A DNA stretch of 64,000 nucleotides from Octopus sinensis (lineage: Eukaryota), in the NCBI RefSeq assembly GCF_006345805.1, contig NC_043011.1:22952464-23016463 (forward strand). Reading direction: 5' to 3'. Positions 38,130-51,853 of the stretch are shown here, piece by piece. Numbering within the stretch: position 1 is the first letter of the stretch; every line of letters starts with the position of its first letter. Under the pieces are notes generated by a model. It worked only from the letters and a program-made list of their open reading frames with translations, was not told where the DNA came from and did not search any database. A program made the position numbers and the translations under genes.

Positions 38130-38790
38130 TCAAGAGTGCCTTGAACTGTCTTCTTTTCGTCAAGGATTACATTATAAGGAGCAAAAGCTTCGTGATAAGC
38201 CCCCATAATCTTAGAAAAGCGTTGAGCATTTGGATCCATATCTTCGAACATAGCAAGATATTTTTTTCAAATGTGTGAAAATGATTTTCTTCAATGTCGC
38301 AGGAAAATCCGCTGCTGCATGTTTGTCAACTGATGAGCTTTCACCTTGCTTCTTAAGGAAGTGATAACGCCTCCGTTTTTTAAATCTCATATATCATCTT
38401 TGACTTGCCTTGAACTCTATATCTTTCTTATCTGGATATTTTTCCTTCAGGTCCCCAAAGACAACGCTTTCTCCTGAAGGATCTCTTGACTAAGAGTAGC
38501 ATTCTGGCGATTCTGCCTATCAATCCAAATAGTTAGAAGACTTTCCATTTCTTCAAAGATTTTGCTTCTTTTCTTGTTTAAGACTGTGTTCCTCATCCCT
38601 GGTGCTTCAGATGTGATATATGTTAAAATCTTGTCTTTATTATGCACAATCGTCGATACAGTTGTCCGATTTACTCTCAAAAGATCGTGCAATCGCTGCA
38701 ACTTTTTCATGACGTTTTATCATTGCCTACTTATCCTCCAGCGTTATAGGACACTTAGGACTTTCACAAGGACTTTTCTTAGAAGGCATG
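38130..38790 (-). mobile_element. Tigger/pogo transposase remnant (CENP-B-type HTH)
   Basis: RTTVSTIVHNKDKI...EEMESLLTIWI...LSQEILQEKALSL. Confidence 0.8.
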
Positions 38791-38926
38791 GTGGGAGGCG
38801 GGGGCAAATACTTTAAGGGCACAGAAAGTGTGTCTAAAGCCAGCTGGAGACGATGATCTCCTGGGGCTAAAAAGCTACAGTAACCCCCCCCCCCTTTGTG
38901 GTTAGCCATATTGAGATGGCTTTTAT

Positions 38927-38995
<69 letters not shown>

Positions 38996-39304
38996 ATTTT
39001 ACCCTCGTCCTGGTCTAACGACCCTCCACGTTTGTTTTCGTTCGGTTTCCTTGTATGTCTCCGCTGCCCTGCTTTTGTTCCCAGCTTTGACCCTCCATAA
39101 ATCCCAGATTTTATTTTGGTATTTATAGGAGCAACTGTCTTCGAAGACTCATATTGTCGTTGAATGTTTGAAATGAGGAGTAGAAAGACAGCTGACAACT
39201 GATGAAGGGTCCTTTCTCTGTGCTTACTTGTCCTGTTTTCCATCGTCTGTTTACGTATTTCATGTTATTTGCACCGTTGGTAACGTCCTGTACCCATATA
39301 TGCA

Positions 39305-39341
<37 letters not shown>

Positions 39342-39980
39342 TATATATATATCTTATATATATATATATATGGAGACAAGTATACTTGTCTCCATATATG
39401 CCAATAATGCCGTTACACAGCTTGTATACATAATTTTTTCTTATTTCGTTTTTTTTCCCCCACCCCTCCTTCGTTCCTTTTTCTCTCTCTTCCTTTCTTT
39501 CGTTCCACCCCACCCTTACTCAGTATATGAGAATCGCTACATAGATGATTTTTAACTTGCGTGCGAGATGGTTTGCGTGAATATATGTACACATGCATTT
39601 ATGTGTATATTTAGATTTATATTCATACGTCTGTATATGTATGGCGTTTGCGCGCATCCTCTTGTGTATGTTGATATATATATGTACATCTTAATATAAA
39701 TATGTATTGCAGTGTAATATTTATAACAGGTTTAATTGCATTAATTTATACTTTCTTCATTAACGTCAATATGTATTTTATCCAATGTAAGGTTTTTTCC
39801 TCGGATTTTATAATTTTAATAAGTTTTTTTATATATATATACATATATTTTTGACCTTTTGTTTATCGCTCGAAGATTGACCGTTTTTTTCTAAAGGGCC
39901 AATCAAACAAGTCCATTTCTTTTTAAAGGTGTAGCGTTTGTAAGAGTCTAGATTGAATTGATATATCGGTTCCATTCTAG

Positions 39981-40030
39981 CAAAAACTGTCTGATGAACG
40001 GCAACGAGAAACTCAGAGTAACAGATTTTG
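39981..40030 (+). ncRNA. Minimal type I hammerhead ribozyme-like motif
   Basis: Stem I caaaaactgt/acagattttg, CUGAUGA core, stem II with GCAA loop, GAAA, CUC-A-GAG stem III, GUA cleavage triplet. Confidence 0.6.
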
Positions 40031-40169
40031 TTGAATTTTCTGCTGCTTAAAATAAAGCATATTACTCTACCACTGGTATTTGAGTACTCTTTTTTCCACC
40101 TTGTTTCACATTTATGTGTTTACTCCGGTATATATATATATATATATGTCAGTGTAAATACACGACAGA

Positions 40170-40460
40170 GTGTGAGCGCCCCGAGAGAAAATTTGGACAT
40201 AAACAGCATCAAATGTGGTAAACAAGAGAGACGACTGCGCTGGTATGGTCAGGTGTTATGTATGGACGAGGACAGCTGTGGGAGGAAGTGCCACACCCTA
40301 ACTGTTGAAGGAACCTGTGGAAGAGGTAGATCTAAGAAGACATGGGATGAGGTGGTGAAGCATGAGCTTCTAACGTTGAGCCTCACAGAGGTAATGATAG
40401 GAGACCGAGACTTTTGGAGATATGCTGTGATTGCGAAGACCCGGCAACTAAAGTGAGATC
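40170..40460 (+). mobile_element. RTE-clade LINE 3' fragment
   Basis: QERRLRWYGQVLCMDED..KCHTLTVEGTCGRGRSKKTWDEVV...DRDFWR. Confidence 0.85.
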
Positions 40461-40830
40461 GCAGTCATGGCCGATGCCAGTGCTGCATGTCCTTGATGCA
40501 TCGGACAATATGATATGCTTGAGAAGACCTGTTGGGTCAAGTAAAACCAAAATCGTAGCTGTGGCCAGTGCCCCCTGACTGGCTCCCGTACAGATGGCAC
40601 GTAAAAAGCACCATCCGAACGTGGCCGATGCCAGTATCCCCCGACTGGCTCCTGTGCCGGTGGCACGTAAAAAGCACCCACTACACTCACGGAATGGTTG
40701 GCATTAGGAATGGCATCCAGCTGTAGAAACATTGCCAGATCAGATTGGAGCTTGGTGCACCCGCTGGCTTTCCAGACCTCAGTCAAACATCCAACCCATG
40801 CTAGCATGGAAAACGGACGTTCAACGATGA

Positions 40831-40870
<40 letters not shown>

Positions 40871-40973
40871 AAGTGCTCACACGCACACGCGCGCACACAC
40901 ACACATATACACATGCATACATACACATACATACATACATACATACATACATACATACATACATACATTCTAT

Positions 40974-41008
40974 GTTTCTGACGAAGAGCTCTCCTCGAAA
41001 CGTTAAAT
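40974..41008 (+). ncRNA. Minimal type I hammerhead ribozyme-like motif
   Basis: gttt-CUGACGA-A-GAG(CUCUC)CUC-GAAA-CG-UU-aaat; palindromic ACGU helix III. Confidence 0.5.
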
Positions 41009-41759
41009 CCTTCTTCTTTCTTTCCTTTCCTCGCGTTGTTGTATTTTCTCTTTGTGTTTTCATGTTAGGATTAACTATATATACATGTATGCATGCATAC
41101 ACTTGTCTCAAAGTTGAAGTATGTGTTTAGCTACATACTTGAGTCTAACATGTGATGAAAGATTAAAACAATTAGTGATAAACACTCGAAAATAGAAGTT
41201 ATACAACTACACCTACGGAGATCACACTCTCATTGAGACAATGTCCCTATTCAACCAATATGTGCACATAGTCATTTCATTATTTCTCACGTCTATAACA
41301 ACCAACAAACATACAGCATTCCATCACACGACGTTCGCCAATTTAATCATTCTCTACTACTCCCAGCTCAACCACTTTTAACCCGGATGACACATACACG
41401 CATAAATATACTCCTAACAGCTGTTTCCCTGTCTCCCCAAAACCAATACTCTGCAAGGATGTATACAAACACTGGTAACTAACACTTTCTCATAAAGACC
41501 CCAGTTGAGATCCACCGCTCTAGCCTGTAAGTAATGTAAAATAAGGGTGTGTTGAATCGTAGCACGTCTGCATGCATAGTGAGGATATAAACAGAAAATG
41601 CAAACTGAAATATCTGACATTTGCCGGCAACTCAATCTTTTAGCTTCCTATTCTCTGCTACATTCTAACGATTATGATATTTCTGTTTATATCCTCACTA
41701 TGCATGCAGACGTGCTACGATTCAACACACCCTTATTTTACATTACTTACAGGCTAGAG

Positions 41760-42028
41760 CGGTGGATCTCAACTGGGGTCTTTATGACCTGTGGGAGTCA
41801 TGTAAGACCTTTGGGGTTCGACGCAAGCAAAATAGTAAATTGAGGGTCCACATTAGTATTTTAAGCGTCCATGAAAATATCCTTCTCTGGATGTGTTTAT
41901 TGCAAGAAACAGCTCAGCTTTTTTCTTTAATGTAAGCCTAGTACTTATTCTATCGGTCGCTTTTGCCGATCCGCTAAGTTACGGGGACTCAGTTGTCAGG
42001 TGATGTTGGGGGGACAAATACAGACATA

Positions 42029-42067
<39 letters not shown>

Positions 42068-42287
42068 ACACACACACACTACATATATACGACGGGCTTC
42101 TTTCAGCTTCCGTGTACCAAATCCACTCACAAGGCTTACATAAGTTAATGTGTGAAAAACAAAACAGTAATTTGAAAGAAGTATCTATAAAACTCATTTT
42201 TAAACATCGAGTGGCTTTTTGGGGTCTACCAGAATAGGATAATAAAGGGGCCCGTAAGTAAAAAAGAAAAATGGTTAAGAACCACTG
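41760..42287. mobile_element. hAT MITE with a nested family A SINE piece (~41935-42140)
   Basis: C(G/A)GTGG..TC...GAACCACTG termini; degenerate 8-bp TSD ggctagag/gacgagag. Confidence 0.6.
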
Positions 42288-42849
42288 GACGAGAGTAATG
42301 TAGTTTCCAGGCACTAGTTACCACCAGAAAAAGTCTCAAATTGGTTTTTGGTGGAAAATGCATTCTTGCTTATATATTTAGCTGGAAGATAAATCCCCGC
42401 CACTTCTAGCGCCGAGACCACCAAATCACGTGATTTCGATCATACTGAATTTTTAATAGATACTATTTAAATAGGAAATAAACACTTCAAAAATTTCTTC
42501 AGGTGTATATTTCGCTCTAACATCCCTTTGTACCCAGTAGATAATCATATAAAAGTAAGCAGGACTGCTCATTTTTTTAAAACCCTGCTCTAAGACAAAA
42601 TACGTAGTTTCACTGTTCTGATAATGGCTACTTACGAAGCTGAAAGTTCAGTCAATCAAAGCAGGTCACTCAACTTCAGAATCTTATAACAATTTATTTC
42701 ATCAGGGAAGTATGTAACATTTAGTGCCCCAATTTTTTGAAGGGGTGTCATTAATCAGATCTGCTTAAGGTTAAAGCAATCACGTGTTTCAATGGGTGTA
42801 TGCAATGTACCAAAATACCTACAAACACACACACACAAACACAGATAGA

Positions 42850-42949
<100 letters not shown>

Positions 42950-43037
42950 TAGATAGATGCGTATACATATGTGTGAGTGTGTGTATGTGTACGTTAGGAG
43001 CCATATGTAGATTCACACCATACGAAAACGAGAGGGT

Positions 43038-43072
43038 TTTTGACGTTTCAAGCAAAGCTCTTCGTCGGAAAA
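43038..43072 (-). ncRNA. Minimal hammerhead-like motif, U4C core variant (same family as 40974)
   Basis: tttt-CCGACGA-A-GAGC(UUU)GCUU-GAAA-CG-UC-aaaa on the minus strand. Confidence 0.4.
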
Positions 43073-43957
43073 GAGAAAGGGAAAGATCCAAAGAATACAT
43101 ATAGACATGTCCAAAGAATGCAGACATACATGCATGAATGCATGCGCGCGCGCACATACATGCATTTACATTTAATGCACAATATATGGATTTATCTAAT
43201 CCGGTCGTAATCAGTAAAAATGTCCTTTAGTTCACCAGGCTACAAACATAGTAAACCAATAGATTGGGGTGTACTGTAGAGTTCTATATGTTGTTAAATC
43301 CAGTAAATGCAATCAGTGATGATTATTTTATGAGGAGTATATAGAATATATAGAAATTCAGGAGGCATGAGATGAAAATATTTATTTCACCAATTGATAT
43401 CCAAAAGATGACGGTCATTTCGCGACCAACATCATGGAAAAATATCTTTGTGCATAATAAATTATTTTACATCTATGAACTTGTGTGTATGTTATAAATT
43501 ACATAGTACTATGTGTTTTATAAGTGGAGGCACATGGCCTAGGGGTTAAAGCGGACTCGCGGTCGAGGGATCGTGGGTTCGAATCTCAGACTGGGTGATG
43601 TGTGTGTTTATGAGCGAAACACCTAAGCTACACGCCGCTCCAGCAGAAGGTAATGGCGAACTTCTGCTGACTCTTTCGCCACAACTTTCTCTCACTCTTT
43701 CCTCTTGCAGCTCACCTGCGACGGCCCAGCGTCCCGTCCAGGTGGGGAACCTATACGCCAAGGCATGACTCGAGAAGAAACAAACATATAATTTATAACA
43801 TACACACTAGTGCAGATGTGTAAAATAATTTGTTATACGCTAACATAAATTAATTTTCATCATGATGATGGCTGCAAAACGATCGTCATCTTATGGCTAT
43901 CAACTAGGGAAAGAAATATTTTCATCTCAAACCTCCTGACTTTATATTATATTATAT

Positions 43958-43995
<38 letters not shown>

Positions 43996-44043
43996 TTGGA
44001 AGAGGATGCGTGGCGTTCAATCATATAATAATATAATAATATA

Positions 44044-44098
<55 letters not shown>

Positions 44099-44279
44099 CG
44101 CAGGAGTGGCTGTGTGGTAAGTAGCTTGCTTATGAACTACATGGTTCCGGGTTCAGTCCCACTGCGTGGCATCTTGGGCAAATGTCTTCTGCTATAGCCT
44201 CGGGCCGACCAAAGCCTTGTGAGTGGATTTGGTAGACGGAAACTGAAAGAAGCCCGTCGTATGTATGTATATATATATA

Positions 44280-44330
<51 letters not shown>

Positions 44331-44343
44331 TTGTGTGTGTGTG

Positions 44344-44378
<35 letters not shown>

Positions 44379-44559
44379 TTTTATACATTCGTATATGTAC
44401 ATACTTACATCGATACGTATATATATATATATATGTGTGTGTGCGTGTGTGTGTGTGTGTGTGTGCGTGTGTGTGTGTGTTGCCACAGGACGTCACTAAA
44501 CGTACAACAAAAAATAGGAAGAACGATTACTTGGAACATGAACTATTCTTTCGAACAAC

Positions 44560-45015
44560 GTATGTATGTATGTGTGTATGTATGTAGGTATGTATGTATG
44601 TATGTATGTATGTATGTATGTATGTATGTATGTATGTATGTATGTATGTATGTATGCATGAATGTATGCATGCATGTATGTATTATGTATGTATGTATGT
44701 ATGTATGTATGTATGTATGTAGGTATGTATGTATGTATGTAGGTATGTATGTATGTATGTGTGTATGTATGTATGTATGTATGTATGTATGTATGTATGT
44801 ATGTATGTATGTAGGTATGTATGTATGTATGTATGTATGTATGTATGTGTGTATGTATGTATGTATGTATGTATGTATGTATGTATGTATGTATGTATGT
44901 ATGTATGTAGGTATGTATGTATGTATGTATGTATGTATGTATGTATGTATGTATGTGTGTATGTATGTATGTATGTATGTATGTATGTATGTATGTATGT
45001 ATGTATGTATGTATG

Positions 45016-45046
<31 letters not shown>

Positions 45047-45052
45047 ACATAC
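44560..45052. repeat. Long (ATGT)n then (AGAT)n microsatellite
   Basis: Direct reading; source of the MYVC/YIHT pseudo-ORFs. Confidence 0.98.
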
Positions 45053-45822
45053 ATGCATACACATATATAAACAAACACATGAACATACATACGCACATAA
45101 CCCCCCCACACACACACACATACATACATATATACTTCATACACTACAAATGATCCCGTTATTTGGGACTATAAAAATCTCTTCGAGACCTTCTTAAGAT
45201 CTAAAGGATGATGAACTGAACAAAATGCTTCGCTTCCCAACCTTGCAACCAAGTTTCCATCATTTGTAAAGTTGTGGTGTGATATCCCGAAAGTCAACCA
45301 TAAAAATTTTTGAAATACCAATCTTTCTGAATGCGAAACATAGTTGGGTGGAGAGAACACCTGAGTAGGTGAGTCGATTTAATGAAGTAAACAAACAAAA
45401 AAAAAAAAGTATATCTTTTACAGGTATTGGATGTATACATCTGTAGCCAACATAGTGGTAATATTCTACTTGAGAGGTCAAGATGACCTGGTTATTTAGT
45501 TTCAAAAGTGAAATAAAGATGTATGTAGACTGATTTAGACATACGTATTTTCCCACATAGCACAATTGCAAAATTCTTGCTTTCTGATTGGCTGGTTTTT
45601 CTGTTAGTTGAACTTTCGGTATTTTAGAAATTAGTAGTCACTTGTTCAGTTCTTGGTACTGACAGAAGGAAGGGAGCTGGAGAGTAATTGGACAGGAAGT
45701 AACAGAAATATCATAATCGTTAGAATGTAGCAGAGAATAGGAAGCTAAAAGATTGAGTTGCCGGCAAATGTCAGATATTTCAGTTTGCATTTTCTGTTTA
45801 TATCCTCACTATGCATGCAGAC

Positions 45823-45824
<2 letters not shown>

Positions 45825-45901
<77 letters not shown>

Positions 45902-46007
45902 GGGTAGTAGTAGTAGTAGTAGTAGTAGTAGTGAGGGGGTAGTAGTAGTGGGGCGTAGTAGTAGTAGTAGTAGTAGTAGTAGCAGTAGTAGTAGTAGTAG
46001 TAGTGGG

Positions 46008-46046
<39 letters not shown>

Positions 46047-46082
46047 ATAGTAGTAGTAGTGAGGGGGTAGTAGTAGTGGGAC

Positions 46083-46131
<49 letters not shown>

Positions 46132-46133
46132 GG

Positions 46134-46177
<44 letters not shown>

Positions 46178-46205
46178 GGGGTTAGTAGTAGTAGTAGTAG
46201 TAGTA
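45825..46205. repeat. (AGT)n microsatellite with G-run interruptions
   Basis: Direct reading. Confidence 0.97.
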
Positions 46206-46779
46206 AGATGTGTCAGCCTACACGGCCAAGTGCCAAAAATTGAACCTCTATTTATCTCCGGTACTACACTTTATTCCCGGAAAAGACTCAGGTGGCCCCT
46301 ATTCATCAAACTGTAATTAGGTTTCATGAGAAAAAAAATAATAAATAAATGAATAAATAAATAAAGTTTTGAACTGAAAAATCTGGTAAACACATAGAAG
46401 AAATAATAGGTTCTTTCTAGCATATCTCTTTTCAAATACATCACGACCATAATTATATACCTGCCAGTGAAAGAACGATTTTATACCTTCGTGACAATCA
46501 CCGGCAACGACGATGGAATGGAAACAGATAAAGAGTGTGAAGAAAATACAGCCAGTCCTCTCAAGTATTGCGACAACAGTTACCATCTAAAATAAATATA
46601 TTTTGGGATCGGATTGAAATATAGACGAATGAATCCACGAGAAAAGCATGACAGTCAAACTACACAACCTCACTCCTTCAGCTTCTTCCTACAAATTGTT
46701 GGCTGCTCTAATAAATAGTATGATAATATGTGTCCGTAATTGCTGTTTTAATGTTGTTGTTGTAGTTGTTTTTCTTCAT

Positions 46780-47102
46780 GTCAGTTCTAACACCGGTTGT
46801 CAAACAATGCTGAGAGACCCCATTCGGTCATCACTGACCATGGGATTGCACCAAGAAAGTTACCCTCCTAGGCACAAGTCCGGGCAAGGCCGGCCTCCCC
46901 TCTCCTCGCCAGCAGTGTTATCCAAGGGAAAGGCAAAAGGGGCCGATACAGCTTCGCACCCGTGACGTCGCAACTCATTTCTACAGCTGAGTGAACTGGA
47001 GCAACGTGAAATAAAGTGTCTTGCTCAAGAATACAACACGCAGCCCGGTCCGGGATTCGAACTCACAACCTCACGAGCGTAAGCTCGACGCCCTAACCAC
47101 TG
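46780..47102 (-). mobile_element. tRNA-derived SINE (another family)
   Basis: Minus-strand head with GTTCGAATCC B-box and a ctacagctgagtgaactggagcaacgtg core. Confidence 0.65.
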
Positions 47103-47599
47103 TCAAGCAGTAGCGGGAGACAAATACAGATACAAAGACACGCACGCATGCACACATATACACATACACGCTCACAGATATATATCCTCCCACCAAAAAC
47201 ACAGAAATACTCACAAAACTCACTTGGCCTTCATACTGATAAAAACAGAAAAATATCCCTCAGTGGTTCATCCACTAATGTTATATCGCCTGAAGAAATG
47301 AACCAATGATGATGATCAATCGGATGCCCATAACTACTACGGAGTATACTGTAATCATCCCAGGAATACGGACTGTGATTTTAAAAGTCCTGTAATTTGT
47401 GGAAACGCGCGTAGCGATGCAGTAAATGTTTATAAATTCCATCCTAGGATTGTTGTTATTATTATATTTATCCTACATTATATCACTATAATTTGATGCA
47501 ACCCTTCAAAACTGGCTCACTAGTCAGCATTAGACAGTGGCCGGCATAATGGAATAGGAGCTTTATTTGCATATTCAAAACAAGTTTTATATATATATC

Positions 47600-49190
47600 T
47601 TAAATAATTTATCATGCAATCGTAGCTGATGATTCATGAACTCATTTTTAGCCTTGCATTTGATGATAGTGTCCAATTGTCCTATCTTATTCCTGAGTCC
47701 GTGATGTTATTTTAGAAGGAGATAATCCATCTTGGCTCTGTATTATACTTTGGATCGGTCTCTCTTACTCCCATCTGTTGATACACAGATACTGCGGCAC
47801 AATATAGCAGCACATTTATTGCCCAAATGTTGAGTTTAGATTTGAGCTACTTATTCTCTCGCAATATCATTGATCACGGATAACATCAGGTCGGTGGGGT
47901 TTTTTTCCTAACTTGCGTCGGTATTGTTCTCATATGGAGGGCCTTATGTATATAAGTAGTGAAGTTCTGCTTGAACTTCGATACAAGCTGCGATTTTAGT
48001 ATATTATATTCCTCACTTATTTTTGGGAGATCATAAGTAGTTGTCACATGACCGTGTAGTGATGACGATTTGGTTATTGTTGTGTTCGTCTTGATCATGT
48101 TTCTTATTCACAGTCTTTCGTGGAAAAAGTTTACTGTCTTGTTAATACGTGTATTATCATTTGTGTATTTTAGTTGTGTGATTTTGTTTGGTAAGGTAAC
48201 ATATTTCTTTTCAACACATGTAACTTGCTGGCGTAATTGTTTTACTGAAAAATTTGCGAATGTTGTGTATTTCTTTTTACAATATTCTTTAAGTATCTCC
48301 ATGTAACCTATAAAGGGACCTTTCCAAGCCTTTCTGTATAACTGGAATAAGTCTTTATTCACTGCAAAAGTCCACTGGAATTTCTCTCGATAATCCCGTG
48401 ATAATACCAATCTTCCTGGAGCTTTCTACTAACATATCCATGCACAGTCTTCTGCTGATATACGCTCATCCTTTCATCTGATGATACATTGCGGTAGAGT
48501 CGTACGACTTCTTTGGACATGTATTTAAGGCTATCAGACAAGGAATGCTGCTCAAGGAACTGCTTTGCAAGTCTTATGATGTTATCAGCCTCATGTATGC
48601 AAACTTAGTCAAGGGAGTCGAGGGATGCACTTCGACATTTAGTGGTTAATAGATGCTGTCGAAAGGATATGACACTACATTCAAAGGCAGTCTGGATCGA
48701 TACTAAACCTTTGTCGCCTTGTTTTCATTGTAGGTAGGGGCTGTCTACATACTACTGATGTGGAAATTATGAGTGTTGTTTAGTGTTTTTCGGGTTCTCA
48801 CATCAATAGCTCGAATCTCATCAAGCGTCCAATCAAGCAGCCCAAATGTCGGTATCAGTAGTGGCACTGCAAAACTGTTTTATTGAGTGTAGAGAGTTCT
48901 GAGGTTCAAATTTTCTTTATTCGACTAGAATAGTCTTTAGTGACACGTATTTTCTTACAGGTGTCATTGTAAGATGTGTTTTGATCTAGCCCCAGATACT
49001 TGTAACATTCTTCATCAGATATAGAGGGGAACAGTCAAGTCATCGATGGGGATGTTCCTAGTCTGGTTTAGAGTTTTCCCTCTTTTCACAAACATATAGC
49101 AGCATTTTCCCTCACCAAACTCCAGCCCTATATCCTTTGAGAATTTTGTAACCAGGTCGAGGCTCTTTTTCATCTCAGGCATTTTCTGTA
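47600..49190 (-). mobile_element. R4/CRE-like non-LTR retrotransposon fragments, decayed
   Basis: LDLVTKFSKDIGLEFGEGKC..RGK (RT C-terminal part), VHGYVSR, then KFQWT..NKDL..LY..A..GY..LK. Confidence 0.65.
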
Positions 49191-49483
49191 TATTATGTAT
49201 GCATGGATGTATGTGCGTATGTATGTATGTTTAAATATCTACGCTTATATTACGATGCATTATTTAAAGGAAACAAAGCTTTGATTGTGATAAAATATGA
49301 AGACGGGGGAGAAGAATTCGAAGAATTCGGGGAATAAAATAATAACTGGCATTGTTCCTTCATTATACATTTACTTGTTTAGTTGCAGACCAACTCTGAA
49401 CAAAAGAACATATGATGAAAGGTATATCAGCTGTGACCATCCATCTTTATCTCTCTCTTTCAGGTATAGTGTACTTAGAACTA

Positions 49484-49862
49484 TTGGGTCATCCCATAAA
49501 TAATGCGGGTTTTTTTCTCTCTTTCTTCCAAAATTCACTTGCACGTAACGAAAAATTCTGTAGACCTCGTCTACAGAATTCCTATTTTTTCCCCGTCCAA
49601 ATGATTTTGAAGACTGTGGAATAAATGATGGGGCAATGTCCATCGAATATGGTGCGTGGGGGATCGTTTCCCATTGAAATTTCTCCAGCTTTTAAAATGT
49701 CATCCTCGCTGTATGTGGCCGAACATTATCTACTAAGAATAAGTAGAAGTTAAAATTAATACCTGCTTTTATAACAAGTTGATGCATGTAGTTTATCGCG
49801 TCCCCCATCCGTCTTTTAGTTCATGCAATTGAAAACATCACACTATTTATGGGATGACCCAA
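49484..49862 (-). mobile_element. Internally deleted mariner, 379 bp
   Basis: TA-flanked TIR TTGGGTCATCCCATAAAT; minus strand DNVRPHTAR..PHAPYSMDIAPS. Confidence 0.85.
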
Positions 49863-50216
49863 TACATTAGCCAATATGTCTTCTCTTAAAATAGTAGAGA
49901 TTTGAGGTATATTTTTTACATTTGGGTGCTAATTTTAGCAGATTTAGTGGTCATGTAATAACTTCTTCACTCCAGATATATTTTACGCAAGTTGAAAGCT
50001 AGAAAGCAGACTGATTAAAAATTCATAAAATAATAAATAATAGTGGTTGGACGTACTCGGCACCTTCTTTCAGCATATAGGCATGATAACTTCTGTGTTC
50101 TTAAGTATAATTGTACCCTATACAGTTATATATCTCTACAAATGTATTTTACTTTTTTTAATATGGTGGCCACTGATAAAATTAATCAATTTTGATGATT
50201 TTATCCTTTAATTATG

Positions 50217-50263
<47 letters not shown>

Positions 50264-51718
50264 GTAAAAAATAAATACAGACATGGACAAGAACATGAAA
50301 CACCAAAGAGACGACACAAGAACCACAGGACGAGACATTCGAAGCCCTCAGTCATCAGTCAAGAACCAGATCATCTTCGCAATTTCGGCTGATTAATCTT
50401 GAGATTGCTCCGATCAGGGCAGCCCGCCAAGGGAATCTAAGCCAAGCACATTAGGTCCCCTGGAAGAAAGCTTCGAATGTATACAACACGAGGACGGAAA
50501 ACGAATGAAGTACACGAACAAAAATACAGAATACGTGACACCAATAAGAATACAAAAACGTAAAAACAATAACGGTAAAGATAAAAAACAAAACAAAACC
50601 AGGACGTAGGACAAGGGTCTTTCGACAGGACGAGTTGAGTTTGGGGCTTGCTTATGAAGTTGTACCTAATGGCCGCAGGGAGACGAACAAATACGTGTTG
50701 CTTCGACGACGGCTGGAACGAAAAGGGCGCTCAGCAGCGGCTAGCGGTCACGTGAGAACAAAAGACAGGAGAAAGGGACAGATGAAAAGAGAGAGAAGGT
50801 GGACGAGGGAGGAGAAGAAAGAGACAGATCGAGGGGACTGGAGGTGAGAGAGATAGAGAAACGTAGAAGGGGGGGGGCGGATGGAGAGGGAAAGAAAGGA
50901 AGGGGAATAAGGGAGGAGAAAGAGAGAGAGAAAGAGACATATATATATATATATGATCGAACGCCACTCATCCTTTTCCAAGTAAGTTTTATCTTCTTCT
51001 ATCTTTACTATTTCTTCTCTATCTATCTCTCTCCACCTCTTGTTCTTCATCTTTTCTTGTTTTCTCTCCCACCCTTCCCTATTCTTCTCCTCTCCTCTTC
51101 GCCGTTTCCTCTCTCTCACTTCTCCTCCTCGACTCTCTCGTCGCTGACACGTGACGAAAGAGAATCTACCTTTCTACCCACAACCTTCGTAAAGACTAAA
51201 GGTGCTTATACTGTCTCTTTCATAAGTTCGTCTTCCTAGCGTTCATAATAATTTTTCTATCGTCTTGGCTTAACAGCCCTCACCATTTGTTTTTACTGTT
51301 TTGTTCTCTGTTCTCATTGTCCTGTTCTTGTTACCACTTTCACTCTCCGCAAAAAATCCCAAATTCTATTTAATTTGCTTTGCGGGAAGGACTGTTTCAA
51401 TGAAGTCGCGTTTTGTCCTTGCCTTCGAAAAGCAGAGTAGTTGAAACAGGGACAATCGAAAATGGAGATTATTCTTTATGCTGTATGTCCCGTTTCTCTG
51501 TTTTTTTCGTTGTTCGAAGAAAAAGTTCGTTTCTATGTTTTTGTTTTAATGTTTTCACTTCTCATTCTGTTCAACGTTTGTTTGATGTCCTGTACCCATA
51601 TATGCATGTATATATACATATATATATGTAGGTATGTACATATATGTATGTATATATGCATATATTTATATATTATTTATATTATTATATGATCGAACGC
51701 CGCGCATCCTTTTCCAAG

Positions 51719-51762
<44 letters not shown>

Positions 51763-51802
51763 CTGGTAAACCAACTAATGTGCTTTTCCATTTTCTTATT
51801 TG

Positions 51803-51853
<51 letters not shown>

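Noticed and set aside
44130-45144. Long ORFs of 150-235 aa (MYVC/YIHT repeats), and similar ones at 4971-5578, 34683-35088, 57336-57711, 62729-63196
   Set aside because: Translations of stop-free microsatellites
49390-49470. Plus-strand AG/GT-like signals suggesting an exon of a second gene
   Set aside because: No recognisable protein motif or partner exons; such signals are common in AT-rich DNA
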